Shown: one piece after another, positions 27,630 through 38,419 of the stretch
Position numbering within the stretch: the stretch's first letter is position 1
How the letters are laid out: the number at the start of each line of letters is the position of its first letter
Position numbers and translations under genes: made by a program
Origin: Candidatus Levybacteria bacterium CG_4_9_14_0_2_um_filter_35_21
GTDB taxonomy: Bacteria > Patescibacteriota > Microgenomatia > Levybacterales > UBA12049
NCBI GenBank assembly: GCA_002788395.1
Contig: PFRF01000043.1
Span: forward strand, 1 to 47,235
DNA length: 47,235 nucleotides
Direction: 5' to 3'
The notes under the pieces: generated by a model
The model's database searches: none
What the model was told of the DNA's origin: nothing
The model's input: only the letters and a program-made list of their open reading frames with translations

Positions 27630-28043
27630 CTAATCAAAGGGGTTGGTTATTAGATGTTGAAATGGCATTTGCTCAGAAATAATACCTACTGACTTACCAT
27701 AGTCGATAGCTTCAATCAATTGAGGATCACCATCCACAAAACTAAATGTCTTACCTTGATATATCACAGTCATGTGTCCATCCCTACATAAGTGTGTATA
27801 AAAAGCAGGCTTAATGGTTTTCATTGCCTTTGCGACATATTCCTGTTCTGAAGAAGCTGGCACTTCTACTTGATGAAAGGTCATTACTCTATTTTCACTT
27901 TCTAGTTTACTAACATTTGTTCCAACGATGGTAACCATATCCAGTAAAGACTTATCACTAAGGCTTTCTTCAAGAATTACCCCCTGCCATGCATTAGATA
28001 CTCCTTCTTTTTTTTCTTTATTCATAGTTTTTTTCGTAATCAC
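27630..28043 (-). CDS. Hypothetical protein (start GTG 28043 or ATG 28025)
   Basis: 137-aa ORF with GVILEESL and GIISEQMPF; upstream TATAAT and an AAGGTGA SD. Confidence 0.75.
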   Translation of the reverse strand: MITKKTMNKEKKEGVSNAWQGVILEESLSDKSLLDMVTIVGTNVSKLESENRVMTFHQVEVPASSEQEYVAKAMKTIKPAFYTHLCRDGHMTVIYQGKTFSFVDGDPQLIEAIDYGKSVGIISEQMPFQHLITNPFD

Positions 28044-28116
28044 CTTTTAAGCTGGTATTATATGGCACATAACAATATTAGTTAACAACAGCTATAAAAG
28101 AGCACAACATTTTTTT

Positions 28117-28923
28117 TTATAAAACATATGGGCAAAACTCTTTGTTGTATTGATCAATTGTGTCATTGAGCTCACTTCTCAACCATGGCGTTTGAAGCAT
28201 GTAATAATCAAAATTTCCCCAGTCTTCTAATGTTTTAGGTGGAACAAATCCGTGTTGAATAGCTAGGTCGTATAATGGCGTACCAGGAAATGGTGCATAG
28301 ACATGTGTTTTTACTTCATTCGAAGAACCCAATCTTGCTATTCTTTCTCCAAAATCAAGAGTTCTCTGAATATTGTCTTCAGGAAAACCTGGATAACCAA
28401 CAATTATTGTGAAGCTTGCATGTATATCGAAATTGCTTAGCATCTGAGCTGCAGTAAGAATGTCGCTTGTAGTTGCGCCCTTCTGAATATATTCTAATTC
28501 ATCGTCATTTCCAGACTCAGCACCAATTAATATTCTCGATAATCCGCTCGACCTTAGCAGGCCCAATTCGTCTTGAGTGTACGATAACAGACCCTTGGGA
28601 TGTGCTGCGGCGGCCCATTTGATGTCCCATCTTCTCGCCAACACATTTTGCGCAAACGTTAACACCCTGTTCTTATTTACGAAAAAATTAGAATCATAGA
28701 ATTTAATTCCATTTGCATCATATTTTTCGACTAGTTGTGATATCTCCTCCATTGTTCTGTTCATTGTTTCAGGGTTCCATCTCCTATTGTATAAAGCCAC
28801 CTCTGAGCTCTGGTATCTTTTCAAACTTGAAAGCATACTCATCACCTCCTTTAGGTTTCTGATTCTACTAAAGATGGGGTATGCTTTTGTAGGTACTCCT
28901 GTACTACGTGACACTACCTGCAA
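28117..28923 (-). pseudogene. 5'-truncated radical SAM protein (resembles the C-terminal half of B12-binding class B enzymes)
   Basis: FYDSNFF, IGAESG, IIVGYPGF and YAPFPGTPLY are present, but there is no CxxxCxxC before ALYNRRW and no cobalamin domain. Confidence 0.75.
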
Positions 28924-29005
28924 TGTCGCATATGTATTTTAACTTATACAAATATTAATTCAATTGCTTCTATTGTTATGATAAAAAGTTTGTTATATTT
29001 ATGGG

Positions 29006-29980
29006 GTGGAAATTAAAGACTATTCCGGATTTTCTAAAATAGAATACATTAGCAGAAGAGAACGTAAAAAAAAGAGCAAAAATAGACTGCAAAAAATATC
29101 TTTCTTCTTTATTTTATTTGCCATAATTTTATTTTTGGTATCAGTCCAAGTAATAAATTTTAATATTTCTAAAACTAAAAAAGAGGTTCTTAGTGCGGTT
29201 TCAAAAATTACAAAATTAAATTTAGACAATGGGCTAGAAAAAGCCGTATTAGATTCTCTAAAAGGATCAAAGGGAACATATGCAGTTGCAATAAAAAATC
29301 TTAATACGGGTGAATCATATTATCTTAACGAACATAAAAAATTTGAGGCAGCAAGTCTATATAAGAATTGGATTATGGCAACTGTCTTTGGGCAGATAGA
29401 AACCGGAAAAATAAGTAGAGACGAAATACTAAAGAAAGATATAGCTAAACTAAACGAGGAATTTGAAATCGCTACGGAATCGGCAGAAATGACAGAAGGA
29501 GAAATTGAAGTATCGGTTATTCAGGCACTAATTGGAATGATTACAATATCTCATAATTATGATGCATTGATCCTGACAGATAGGGTGAGGCTTTCATCTG
29601 TTAGGAGTTTCTTAGCAGAATCAGGGCTAAATGAATCTTCCGTTGGCTCTCCACCCTTAATAACAGCTTATGATGCATCTTTATTTTTTGAAAAGTTGTA
29701 CAAACAAGAGTTGGCTAGTCCGGAATCAACAAAAGAGATGATTGATTTTCTCAAAAAACAAACACTAAATAATAAAATTCCCAAATTTCTGCCGGAAGAT
29801 CTGGTTATTGCTCATAAGACAGGAGAACTGGGAAGTTTTACCCACGACGCAGGGATAGTCTATACCCCCAAAGGGAATTATATTATTGCAATCTTGTCCG
29901 AAAGCAATTATCCGTCGGGAGCAGAAGAAAATATTAGCAAGATTTCAAAAGTGGTATATGATTATTTCTCTGCAAAATAG
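29006..29980 (+). CDS. Membrane-anchored class A beta-lactamase-like serine hydrolase
   Basis: AASLYK (SxxK), SHN (SxN), HKTG, HDAGIV; N-terminal TM. Confidence 0.85.
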   Translation: MEIKDYSGFSKIEYISRRERKKKSKNRLQKISFFFILFAIILFLVSVQVINFNISKTKKEVLSAVSKITKLNLDNGLEKAVLDSLKGSKGTYAVAIKNLNTGESYYLNEHKKFEAASLYKNWIMATVFGQIETGKISRDEILKKDIAKLNEEFEIATESAEMTEGEIEVSVIQALIGMITISHNYDALILTDRVRLSSVRSFLAESGLNESSVGSPPLITAYDASLFFEKLYKQELASPESTKEMIDFLKKQTLNNKIPKFLPEDLVIAHKTGELGSFTHDAGIVYTPKGNYIIAILSESNYPSGAEENISKISKVVYDYFSAK

Positions 29981-29984
29981 AAAA

Positions 29985-31517
29985 TTATTTATTTGAGGAA
30001 CTCAAAAAAACAATTACTTCTTCTGCGGAATAATTGCCGTCATGCTCTTGAATAAGTTTTTTAACTGTCTGAAGATCTTTTCCTAACGTTACCACCATTG
30101 GTTCCTCGGAATCGGTCGCATTTCCGCATGCAGCGATAAGTGCTCGGCATAAGCATATTTTGCTTTTCGTATCTTCCGGATCTCCACCTTTTTTTATAAA
30201 TGTTTCCGGTTTTTCCGCAGGACACCTAAATCCGATGCTCCCATTCTCTTTAAGATATGCATGAACTAAATACCCCAAAGTACAAATTCTTTTAGTCTTT
30301 TCTATTATATCTTTCTGTGATAGGGTCCCCTCTATAAGCGCTTTTTTAAACGGAAAACCCGAAGGGGAAAGATCTGCGTCTGTCATAACTTCTATTTCTT
30401 CTGCGACAATAAAATCTCTTACATGTTTAGCCATAGCTTTTTCAAACCCAGATTCGTTACAAAGTGCAAAGTCTGAGCCAACTTGTACTCCTATTGCTCC
30501 GTTTTCTTTCGCCTCTTTTAATTTTTCCGGGGTACCGTATTTACCGGCTAACCAAAATGGTTTTCCATACTCTAACATTTTTTTCAAATCTGCATAATCT
30601 TTATCTGTATAGACTGGTTCTCTCTTTTCATCTACTTTTTTATTTCTCGATTTTGAATTATGTCCTCCCGCGTCCGGTCCTTCCACGATAAAGCCATCAA
30701 TCCCCTCTGAGTCTTTAAATCTTTTGGCAAGAACATCATAGGAAATTATAGGAATAAATCTTGGCTTTTTAAGCGTAATTTCTTTAGGTACATAATCTTT
30801 TAAATTAAGTTCTAAATCATATCCGTTAGGTAAGTCATAGACATCTAACTTATAAGTAGCAGTTTGTCTATTTATAAAATCATTAAATAGTTTTGGAAAT
30901 TGTTCCGGCATTCCTGCACCAACCAATGCATAATCAACTTCTGCCATCATTGCCCCCAAGCATAGTTGGTAGATGCATTAATTGAATTTTTTCCAGTTCA
31001 TTAATTCCAATCGGTCCGCTATGTCCTTGTTTAGCAAGCCAAACTTCCGTAAATGCAGAAGCAATAGCAAGTTTTGTCATTTTTTCTTTTTGCTCGGGAG
31101 TGCCATTTACTAAGACCTCCGGTTTTGGAGCCATCTTATATTTTCTGTCTTTATTCTTTTCTTCTTCGGAGACAAAATATTCCTTAATAATGTCCTGTCC
31201 GATTATAATGTTATATTTTTTATCCAATGCTCTAAGTGCTTTGCGGGAGTCCAAATCTCCTTTCTGAAGTCTGTTTACCATCACTATGGGCAGAGCAGTG
31301 CCGGAAACAACTCCTAAAACTTGCTCTCCAAGCTTTTCTCCTGCAATAGCAACAGCGCGTGCTAATTTCCAATCGGAAATTGCAACACCCATTCCTCCCT
31401 GAATAATTTCAGGCTGCAGATGATCGTCATAAAACCAGTGTCTTTCTTTAAATAGTTCAGGTCTGCAAGCTTGCTCCGGGGATATGGAGAAGCCTGCGGA
31501 AGAGAGGTTTCAATCAT
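29985..31517 (-). pseudogene. Nitronate monooxygenase/2-nitropropane dioxygenase-like flavoprotein, split by frameshifts
   Basis: PEIIQGGMGVAIS, GVVSGT, LEKIQL, VEGPDAGGH, GVQVGS. A frameshift in the 5-base run 30953-30957 joins LPTMLG to AMMAEVDY. The IIQGGMG frame has no upstream start, and ATG 31517 is in another frame, so a second shift probably lies near 31488-31491. Confidence 0.8.
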
Positions 31518-31605
31518 AGCTATGAATATTACAGTAGTTTATAATTTTAATCAATATTGATTATCCTAAAAAAGGATATAGGAAGTTATAGAAGAAATGT
31601 AATTA

Positions 31606-32115
31606 CTAGGTCTGTTCTATAGGTGCCGTTACCGATCCATTGCCATTTGTTCCTCCCGGTCTAAGTTTTTCCACGCTCGCAACTTTTTGCGAAATAGTTA
31701 GAATAGCAGCTTTAATATCATCAAGATCCTGCTGGATATCTTCAACTTCATCTTCTAACTCTTCTTGTTCTTTTTCTTCTTCGCGTTGCTCTCTTTCTTC
31801 TTCAAGTTCTTCCAAGTCATCTTCCAGAGCCATTCTGTTTTGAGTTATCATAATAAAGGTCGCAAGAAAAATTGCCTCCAGCGAAACAATCATTGTTAGA
31901 AGACCATAAGGGAAAGGGTCAAACTTAGGAATAAGGGGGGAAAAATGTCCTTGTCCGGCTAAGATCCAAAAAACAAACCATATAGCATGAAAATACACAA
32001 AAGACATACTTCCCGCAAATTTTGTGATCATTTCGGCAAGTTTTGTTTCGAAAGAATGGAGTTCTCTTAAGAGAAGTGTCTCTTCTTTTGTTTTAGCGGC
32101 AAACTTTTTTTTCAT
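31606..32115 (-). CDS. DUF1003 family membrane protein
   Basis: FAGSMSFV, FDPFPYGLLTMIVSLEAIFLATFIMITQNR; acidic coiled-coil tail. Confidence 0.9.
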   Translation of the reverse strand: MKKKFAAKTKEETLLLRELHSFETKLAEMITKFAGSMSFVYFHAIWFVFWILAGQGHFSPLIPKFDPFPYGLLTMIVSLEAIFLATFIMITQNRMALEDDLEELEEEREQREEEKEQEELEDEVEDIQQDLDDIKAAILTISQKVASVEKLRPGGTNGNGSVTAPIEQT

Positions 32116-32283
32116 AATTATATAAGCTTATTTAATTGTAACTCCGAGGATATATTTGTCAACCATTAAGTTGAGATCAAAAAATACGCTATGGGGTATG
32201 TTTAGCCTCAATTATAAAGGTTGACTGGAATGGAGTAATAAGCTAAACTTAATTCTCTGAGCTCAAAATGCTCTCTTGGGGGC

Positions 32284-32317
32284 TTGACAACTAGCAGTGG
32301 GTGTGATAGAGTGCTAA
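32284..32317 (+). promoter_or_regulatory. CIRCE-like (HrcA) operator overlapping the lon promoter
   Basis: CTAGCAGTG-N9-GAGTGCTAA at 32291-32317 (consensus TTAGCACTC-N9-GAGTGCTAA), overlapping TTGACA-17-TAGAGT. Confidence 0.8.
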
Positions 32318-32335
32318 TTATAATTATAGCTAAGT

Positions 32336-34708
32336 ATGAATAAACTAATACCAATAATCCCAATAAGAGATGGAATAATTTTCCCAAACACAGATTCTGT
32401 TTTAACCTTTGGTAGACCAAAAAGCTTATCCGCGCTGGAATCGGCTTTTGCTCAAGAAAGAATTGTTTGTTTTGTCCTTCAGAAAAATGCCAGATTAAAT
32501 GAACCAACTTCAGGTGATCTTTATTCTGTCGGAACTCTCTCTAGAATTGAAAGAATGATTAAAACAGACGGAGAAATTAACGCCCAAGTTAAAGGTCTAT
32601 CAAGAGTTAGGGTAGAATCATACGAACAAGATCAGCCTTTCCTTTTAGGTAAAATAACGGAATTAAAGAATAAAGATGAAGACAGTGCCGAGGTAAAAGC
32701 TTTAACAAATCACATAGTTAGCGAGTTCAGAAGAGCGATGAATCTTGGGAAATTTGTTGATTTTTTGGTTTTTATGAATATTATGTCCGAAAATACGCCG
32801 TCTCAACTTTCGGATTTAGTTGCTTCGGTTTTGGATTTAAAACCTGTAGAAAGGCAAGCTCTTTTGGAAGAAGTAAATGTAAGAACAAGACTGGAAAGGA
32901 TTAATGATTTACTTGCAAAAGAACTTAAGGTATTAGAAATTGAACGAAAAATATCTTCAAAAACGCAGGAAAGATTTGAAAAAGGTGCCCGGGAAGTAAT
33001 GCTTAGGGAGAGGTTAAAGACTATAGAAAAAGAACTTAGCGAAACTGATGAAGATGCCGAGATTAAAGAACTGATGGAAAGAGTTAAAAAGGTTAAAATG
33101 CCCGAAGATATCGAAGAAAAGATAAAAAAGGAAGTCAAAAAACTTTCCCAGATGAATCAATTTAATCCGGAAGCAGGTTATATTAGGAATTATTTAGATT
33201 GGGTATTAAGTCTTCCTTGGAGCGTGAAAAGTAAAGGTCAGGTAAATATCAAAGCTGCGGAAAAAATCCTTAACGAAGATCATTATGGTTTAGAAAAAGT
33301 TAAGGAAAGAATTGTGGAATATTTGGCTGTTCATAAGCTTGCCGGAAAAATAAAAGGACCAATTTTATGTTTTGTGGGACCTCCCGGAGTCGGAAAAACT
33401 TCTCTTGGAAAATCAATAGCAAGAGCATTGGACCGTAAGTTTGTAAAAATGTCTTTGGGGGGAATAAGAGATGAAGCAGAAATAAGAGGACATAGAAGAA
33501 CCTATGTAGGAGCTATGCCAGGAAGAATTATTCAAGGCATTAAAGATGCGGGGACCCGTAATCCTGTTTTTATGCTTGATGAGATAGACAAAGTTGGTGC
33601 AGATTTTAGAGGAGATCCGTCGGCTGCTCTTTTGGAAGCATTAGATCCGGAACAAAACAATCAGTTCTCGGATCATTATTTAGAAGTCCCTTTTGATCTT
33701 TCCGATGTAATGTTTATTACTACGGCAAACGTTTTAGATACAATTCCTCCTGCATTAAGGGATAGACTTGAAATAATCCGATTCTCGGGTTATACCCATG
33801 AGGAAAAATTTAGAATCGCAAAGAACTATTTAATTAAGAAGCAAATGGAAAATCATGGATTAAGTCAAAAATATGTTGAGATTGCAGATTCTGCCATTCG
33901 TTTTATTACTCAACATTATACAAGGGAAGCAGGAGTAAGGAGTATGGAGAGGCAAATTAGTGCAATTCTTAGAAAAGTTGCCAAAATGGTTGCAGAAGGA
34001 AAAAAGAAAAAGCTGCTGGTTAGCGACAAAAATATTCAGAAGTTACTTGGTCCGATTAGTTTTAACTCTACCATGCTTGAAAAAAAGGATGAAGTTGGAA
34101 TGTCCACAGGACTTGCCTGGACAGAAGCAGGTGGAGATATCCTATTTATAGAAGTTGCCTTAATGCCCGGAAAAGGGAGTCTTATCCTAACAGGACAGCT
34201 TGGTGATGTTATGAAAGAGTCCTGCACGGCGGCAATGTCCTACATAAGGGCAAGAGCAAAAGAATTAGGATTATCCGATAAATTTTATCAAAAGATAGAC
34301 GTTCATGTACATGTTCCGGAAGGAGCGGTTCCAAAAGATGGTCCATCTGCAGGAGTTGCCATTACAACAGCAATTGTCTCTGCTCTTACAAAAATTCCTG
34401 TAAATAGAAAAGTTGCCATGACCGGAGAAATTACTTTAAGGGGAAGAGTTTTGGAAATTGGCGGAGTTAAGGAAAAAGTTATTGCGGCTCATCGTGCAGG
34501 AATTAAAAGAGTTCTTATGCCAAAAGAAAATAAAAAAGATTTAGAAGATGTGCCAAAGGAAGTTCAAAAAGATTTAACTTTTAGTTTTGTTTCTCATATG
34601 GATGAAGCTTTGGAGATTGCTTTAACAAAGATTCTTAAAAAGTCCGTGACGCAAGCTCTTTCGACGCATGCCGTATTGCATGCCCCGTCTCCCTACAAAG
34701 CAGATTAA
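32336..34708 (+). CDS. lon: ATP-dependent Lon protease
   Basis: [41 protein letters not shown]. Confidence 0.98.
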   Translation: MNKLIPIIPIRDGIIFPNTDSVLTFGRPKSLSALESAFAQERIVCFVLQKNARLNEPTSGDLYSVGTLSRIERMIKTDGEINAQVKGLSRVRVESYEQDQPFLLGKITELKNKDEDSAEVKALTNHIVSEFRRAMNLGKFVDFLVFMNIMSENTPSQLSDLVASVLDLKPVERQALLEEVNVRTRLERINDLLAKELKVLEIERKISSKTQERFEKGAREVMLRERLKTIEKELSETDEDAEIKELMERVKKVKMPEDIEEKIKKEVKKLSQMNQFNPEAGYIRNYLDWVLSLPWSVKSKGQVNIKAAEKILNEDHYGLEKVKERIVEYLAVHKLAGKIKGPILCFVGPPGVGKTSLGKSIARALDRKFVKMSLGGIRDEAEIRGHRRTYVGAMPGRIIQGIKDAGTRNPVFMLDEIDKVGADFRGDPSAALLEALDPEQNNQFSDHYLEVPFDLSDVMFITTANVLDTIPPALRDRLEIIRFSGYTHEEKFRIAKNYLIKKQMENHGLSQKYVEIADSAIRFITQHYTREAGVRSMERQISAILRKVAKMVAEGKKKKLLVSDKNIQKLLGPISFNSTMLEKKDEVGMSTGLAWTEAGGDILFIEVALMPGKGSLILTGQLGDVMKESCTAAMSYIRARAKELGLSDKFYQKIDVHVHVPEGAVPKDGPSAGVAITTAIVSALTKIPVNRKVAMTGEITLRGRVLEIGGVKEKVIAAHRAGIKRVLMPKENKKDLEDVPKEVQKDLTFSFVSHMDEALEIALTKILKKSVTQALSTHAVLHAPSPYKAD

Positions 34709-34713
34709 TTTAG

Positions 34714-34787
34714 TACCCCCGACCGGATTCGAACCGGTGACCTCTTGGATGAGAACCAAGTGTCCTAAGCCACTAGACGACGGGGGC
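34714..34787 (-). tRNA. tRNA-Glu(CUC)
   Basis: Minus strand: GCCCCCG...CTTGG-TTCTCAT-CCAAG...ACCGG-TTCGAAT-CCGGT CGGGGGT A; CCA not encoded. Confidence 0.95.
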
Positions 34788-34866
34788 TTAACCGTTATTT
34801 TACCTTAAATTCTGCTTCCAGACAACTTTAATTGTCTTAATATTTTATTTCTTGTATAATTTCATT

Positions 34867-35622
34867 GTGAGCAAAGACATTTTTCTTTCGGTAATAATTC
34901 CTTCTTATAACGAAATGGCAAATCTTAGAAAAGGAGTTCTGGATAAGGTTGACCATTTCTTAAAAAAACAACAATACTCTTTCGAAGTAATCATTGTTGA
35001 CGATGGTTCAACAGATGGCAGTCTGGACTTCGTAGAAAAATTTGTCAAAGACAATGAAGATTTTAAATTATTAAAAAACCAGCATTTAGGTAAAGCAGGC
35101 GCGGTTACCGCAGGTATGCTTGCTGCAAAAGGGGAAAATAGATTGTTTACCGATATGGATCAGGCAACTCCGATTGAAGAAATTAATGATTTAGTTCCCT
35201 TTTTAAATAATTATGACATAATAATTGGCAGTAGAAGCTCAAGCAGAGAAGGAGCCCCCTGGACAAGGCTTGTAATGGCAAGGGGGATGATAATTTTAAG
35301 AAGTTTAATTGTTGGAGTAAGAGGAATAAGAGACACGCAATGCGGTTTTAAATTATTTAAAGCAAAACCGGCAGAAAAATTATTCGGAAGAATCCAAGAT
35401 TTTCATAAAGGATTTAAAAAAATTTCCGGTTCGTCTGTAACAGCAGGATTTGACGTGGAACTTTTGTATATTGCTCAAAAAATGGACTATAAAATTAAGG
35501 AAGTTCCGGTAAGTTGGTTATATGTAGAAACTAGACGTGTTAGCCCAATAAAAGATTCCATAGAAGGGGTAATATCGTTGCTAACGATCAAACTTAATAG
35601 CTTAAGAGGCAAGTACAAATAA
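34867..35622 (+). CDS. GT2 polyprenol-phosphate glycosyltransferase (dolichyl-phosphate beta-glucosyltransferase-like)
   Basis: LSVIIPSYNE, VDDGSTD, GKAGAV, FTDMDQATP, DTQCGFKLF, FDVELL; likely GTG start at 34867. Confidence 0.88.
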   Translation: MSKDIFLSVIIPSYNEMANLRKGVLDKVDHFLKKQQYSFEVIIVDDGSTDGSLDFVEKFVKDNEDFKLLKNQHLGKAGAVTAGMLAAKGENRLFTDMDQATPIEEINDLVPFLNNYDIIIGSRSSSREGAPWTRLVMARGMIILRSLIVGVRGIRDTQCGFKLFKAKPAEKLFGRIQDFHKGFKKISGSSVTAGFDVELLYIAQKMDYKIKEVPVSWLYVETRRVSPIKDSIEGVISLLTIKLNSLRGKYK

Positions 35623-35623
35623 A

Positions 35624-36850
35624 ATGTCAATTTTCAAAATTTACACCTCCGCTAAGGCTTTGACGGACAAGCAAGATTCAAAATTCAAATTTTTTTCCGC
35701 CGGATATCTCGTATCTGTCATGGCACTTTTTTTTTATAGCTTTACGCAGGTTGATCTTAGCTTAACTCTTTCCAGAGCTTCCATCTATCAATATTTTGAA
35801 AAAGGGTTTCAATATATTGGGTTTTTTAATAGGTCACTTTCTGCCCTTTTTTTTGTCTTAATTCTTTTATTTCTTTTTATTTTTTACGCCTTAATTCTGT
35901 TTGAGGTTAGTAAAAATAAAATAGATAGAAAAAGGCTTTGGACAATTATTTTACTCACCTCGGTTATTCTTACTTTTTCTTATAATGCTTTTTCTTACGA
36001 TTTATTTAATTATATTTTTGACGCAAAAATATTTACTCATTATAATTTAAATCCTTATTTATTTAAACCGCTTGATTTTCCAAAAGATCCGATGCTTTCA
36101 TTTATGCATTGGACACATAGGACTTATCCTTATGGACCTGTATGGCTTGGAATAACGATTCCCTTATCATTTGCCGGACTAAATTATTTTTTGCCAACGT
36201 TTTTTCTTTTTAAAATTTTAGTATCTGCAAGTTTTGTAGGAACAGTTATTTATATTAAAAAAATATTGAATTTAATAAATCCAAAGAAAGCTTTGTTTAA
36301 TGTTACATTCTTTGCTCTTAACCCACTTGTATTATTTGAGGTTTTAGTTTCTTCGCATAACGATATGCCAATGATGTTTTTTGCAATTCTTGCAATTTAT
36401 TTAGCAATAAAAAATAAATGGTCGTTAGGTTTTATAATAATGATATTATCTGCGTTAACAAAACAAGTAACGGCATTTCTAATTATTCCTTTTGTTTTTT
36501 TTCGGGTTCTTACCTACTTTAAGAAAAATTTTTTGATTACTACTTTTATTAAATCTTGTTTACTATTTAGTGTACTTGGCTTTATTTATGTGTTAACAAA
36601 AATAGAAGTTCAACCGTGGTATTTTTTATGGATTTTTATATTTATTCCTTTACTTAATCTTAATAAAACAATTATTATTTTCGTAAACGGTGTAATAATT
36701 GGTCTTTTATTAAGATATTTACCTTTTATTTATTTTGGAAATTGGGATGGAATCGTAATTAATTTAAAATTATATGTTACTTTAGCTGTGCCGATGTTAT
36801 CTTTACTTACGCTTGCAGCAACTAATCTTCTTTGGAAAACTAGGAAATAG
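35624..36850 (+). CDS. GT-C membrane glycosyltransferase (MptA/MptB-like)
   Basis: FSYDLFNY, NPY, YPYGP, LNPLV, HND, QPWY; multi-TM. Confidence 0.72.
   Translation: MSIFKIYTSAKALTDKQDSKFKFFSAGYLVSVMALFFYSFTQVDLSLTLSRASIYQYFEKGFQYIGFFNRSLSALFFVLILLFLFIFYALILFEVSKNKIDRKRLWTIILLTSVILTFSYNAFSYDLFNYIFDAKIFTHYNLNPYLFKPLDFPKDPMLSFMHWTHRTYPYGPVWLGITIPLSFAGLNYFLPTFFLFKILVSASFVGTVIYIKKILNLINPKKALFNVTFFALNPLVLFEVLVSSHNDMPMMFFAILAIYLAIKNKWSLGFIIMILSALTKQVTAFLIIPFVFFRVLTYFKKNFLITTFIKSCLLFSVLGFIYVLTKIEVQPWYFLWIFIFIPLLNLNKTIIIFVNGVIIGLLLRYLPFIYFGNWDGIVINLKLYVTLAVPMLSLLTLAATNLLWKTRK
35627..35691 (+). repeat. Heptamer tract with an embedded GC-rich hairpin element at the gene 5' end
   Basis: tcaattt tcaaaat ttacacc [tccgctaaggctttgacgga] caa gcaagat tcaaaat tcaaatt. 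Confidence 0.6.
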
Positions 36851-36892
36851 GATTATTGGCTATTTTCATACTTTTATGTATAATCTAGCTAT

Positions 36893-38419
36893 ATGGATTT
36901 TCTCCGGAAAAACCGCAACGATATCTTCCTTTTTCTTATAATTACAGTTCTATATTTCTGTATCCGTTTGGTTGCCCTTACTATAATGCCAATCTTTACC
37001 GATGAGGCAATTTATTTAAGATGGGCTCAAATAGCTCTTCACGATTCAAGTTGGAGGTTTATTTCCCTAACAGACGGAAAGCAGCCTCTATTTGTTTGGT
37101 TTGCGATGATTTTTATGAAATTTATTCAGGATCCGTTATTTGCAGGAAGATTAGTTTCTGTTTTTACAGGTTTTTTTACCCTTATCGGTCTTTGGTTTTT
37201 ATCCCTGGAGCTTTTTAAAAGTAAAAAAATATCATTTTTATCATCAATTCTTTATATTTTCTTTCCCTTTGCACAGGTTTACGACAGAATGGCAATGATG
37301 GACAGTATGGTTGGGGCATTTTCTATCTGGGCACTTTATTTCTCCGTATTGCTCGTTAGAAAAGCAAGATTGGAAATTGCATATACACTAGGTTTTATAA
37401 TTGGAGGCGGTATATTAACGAAATCTACAAACTTCTTTAGCATTTATCTTTTACCATTTACACTTTTACTTTTTGATTTTGGAAAAGAGAATTTTAAAAA
37501 AAGGCTTATTAAATGGGTTATTCTTTTTTTCTTCAGTATTTTAATTGCTTATGGACTTTATGGGATTTTACGATTATCTCCACTTTTTAGCATGGTGACT
37601 ACTAAAAACGCTACCTTTGTTTATCCTTTTTCCGAATGGATAAGTCATCCGTTCACTTTCTTTTTAGGAAATTTAAGAGGATTAACGGATTGGCTTATTT
37701 CTTATCTCGGGATAGCATATGCAGCTCTAATTTTAATTTCTTTAATTTTCGTAAAAAAATTCTTTAAGAGTAAAGTTATTTTGCTTATTTATTTTATATT
37801 ACCTTTTACAGCACTTGCCTTGTTTGGAAGAGTAATATTTCCAAGATTTATTTATTTTATGAGCCTCTTTTTACTTCCTCTTGCAGCAGAAGGACTAGAT
37901 ACGGTGCTAACTTTTTCAAAAAAAATTATTAAATATAATAAATATTATAATGTGTCAGGTGTATTAATTATTTTTGTTATAATTTCGTACTCAGCATTAT
38001 CCTGTTACGAATTAATAACAAATCCAAAGCTTGCTCCGATTGCAACAAGCGATAGTAATCAGTATCTAAACAATTGGTCGGCGGGATGGGGCGTTAACGA
38101 TACTGTTAATTTTTTAAAACAAGAAATGAGCAAGGGGAAAATTTTTGTTGGAACAGAAGGGACTTTTGGTCTAATGCCGCTTTCTCTAGAGCTTTATTTG
38201 GTTGATAATAAAAACATCACGATAAAAGGTTACTGGCCAATTAATGAATTTCCAAACGAGGCTTTATCTTATTCAAAAAAGATGCCGGCTTATTTTATTT
38301 TTTATCAGCCACAACATCAAATAATTTCTTCGGAATTTCCCATTAAGTTAATTTACGAAAAAAGAGCGGGGGATAGCAATTATTTTTACCGAATGTATAA
38401 AATAATTCCTAGAAGTTAA
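36893..38419 (+). CDS. ArnT/PMT-like GT-C glycosyltransferase
   Basis: IFTDEAIY, DGKQPLF, GRLVS, LTK; multi-TM. Confidence 0.8.
   Translation: MDFLRKNRNDIFLFLIITVLYFCIRLVALTIMPIFTDEAIYLRWAQIALHDSSWRFISLTDGKQPLFVWFAMIFMKFIQDPLFAGRLVSVFTGFFTLIGLWFLSLELFKSKKISFLSSILYIFFPFAQVYDRMAMMDSMVGAFSIWALYFSVLLVRKARLEIAYTLGFIIGGGILTKSTNFFSIYLLPFTLLLFDFGKENFKKRLIKWVILFFFSILIAYGLYGILRLSPLFSMVTTKNATFVYPFSEWISHPFTFFLGNLRGLTDWLISYLGIAYAALILISLIFVKKFFKSKVILLIYFILPFTALALFGRVIFPRFIYFMSLFLLPLAAEGLDTVLTFSKKIIKYNKYYNVSGVLIIFVIISYSALSCYELITNPKLAPIATSDSNQYLNNWSAGWGVNDTVNFLKQEMSKGKIFVGTEGTFGLMPLSLELYLVDNKNITIKGYWPINEFPNEALSYSKKMPAYFIFYQPQHQIISSEFPIKLIYEKRAGDSNYFYRMYKIIPRS

Noticed and set aside
29006..29980. Antibiotic-resistance beta-lactamase
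   Set aside because: It is a membrane-anchored beta-lactamase-like hydrolase with no evident class A omega-loop ExxLN motif, so resistance is not supported.
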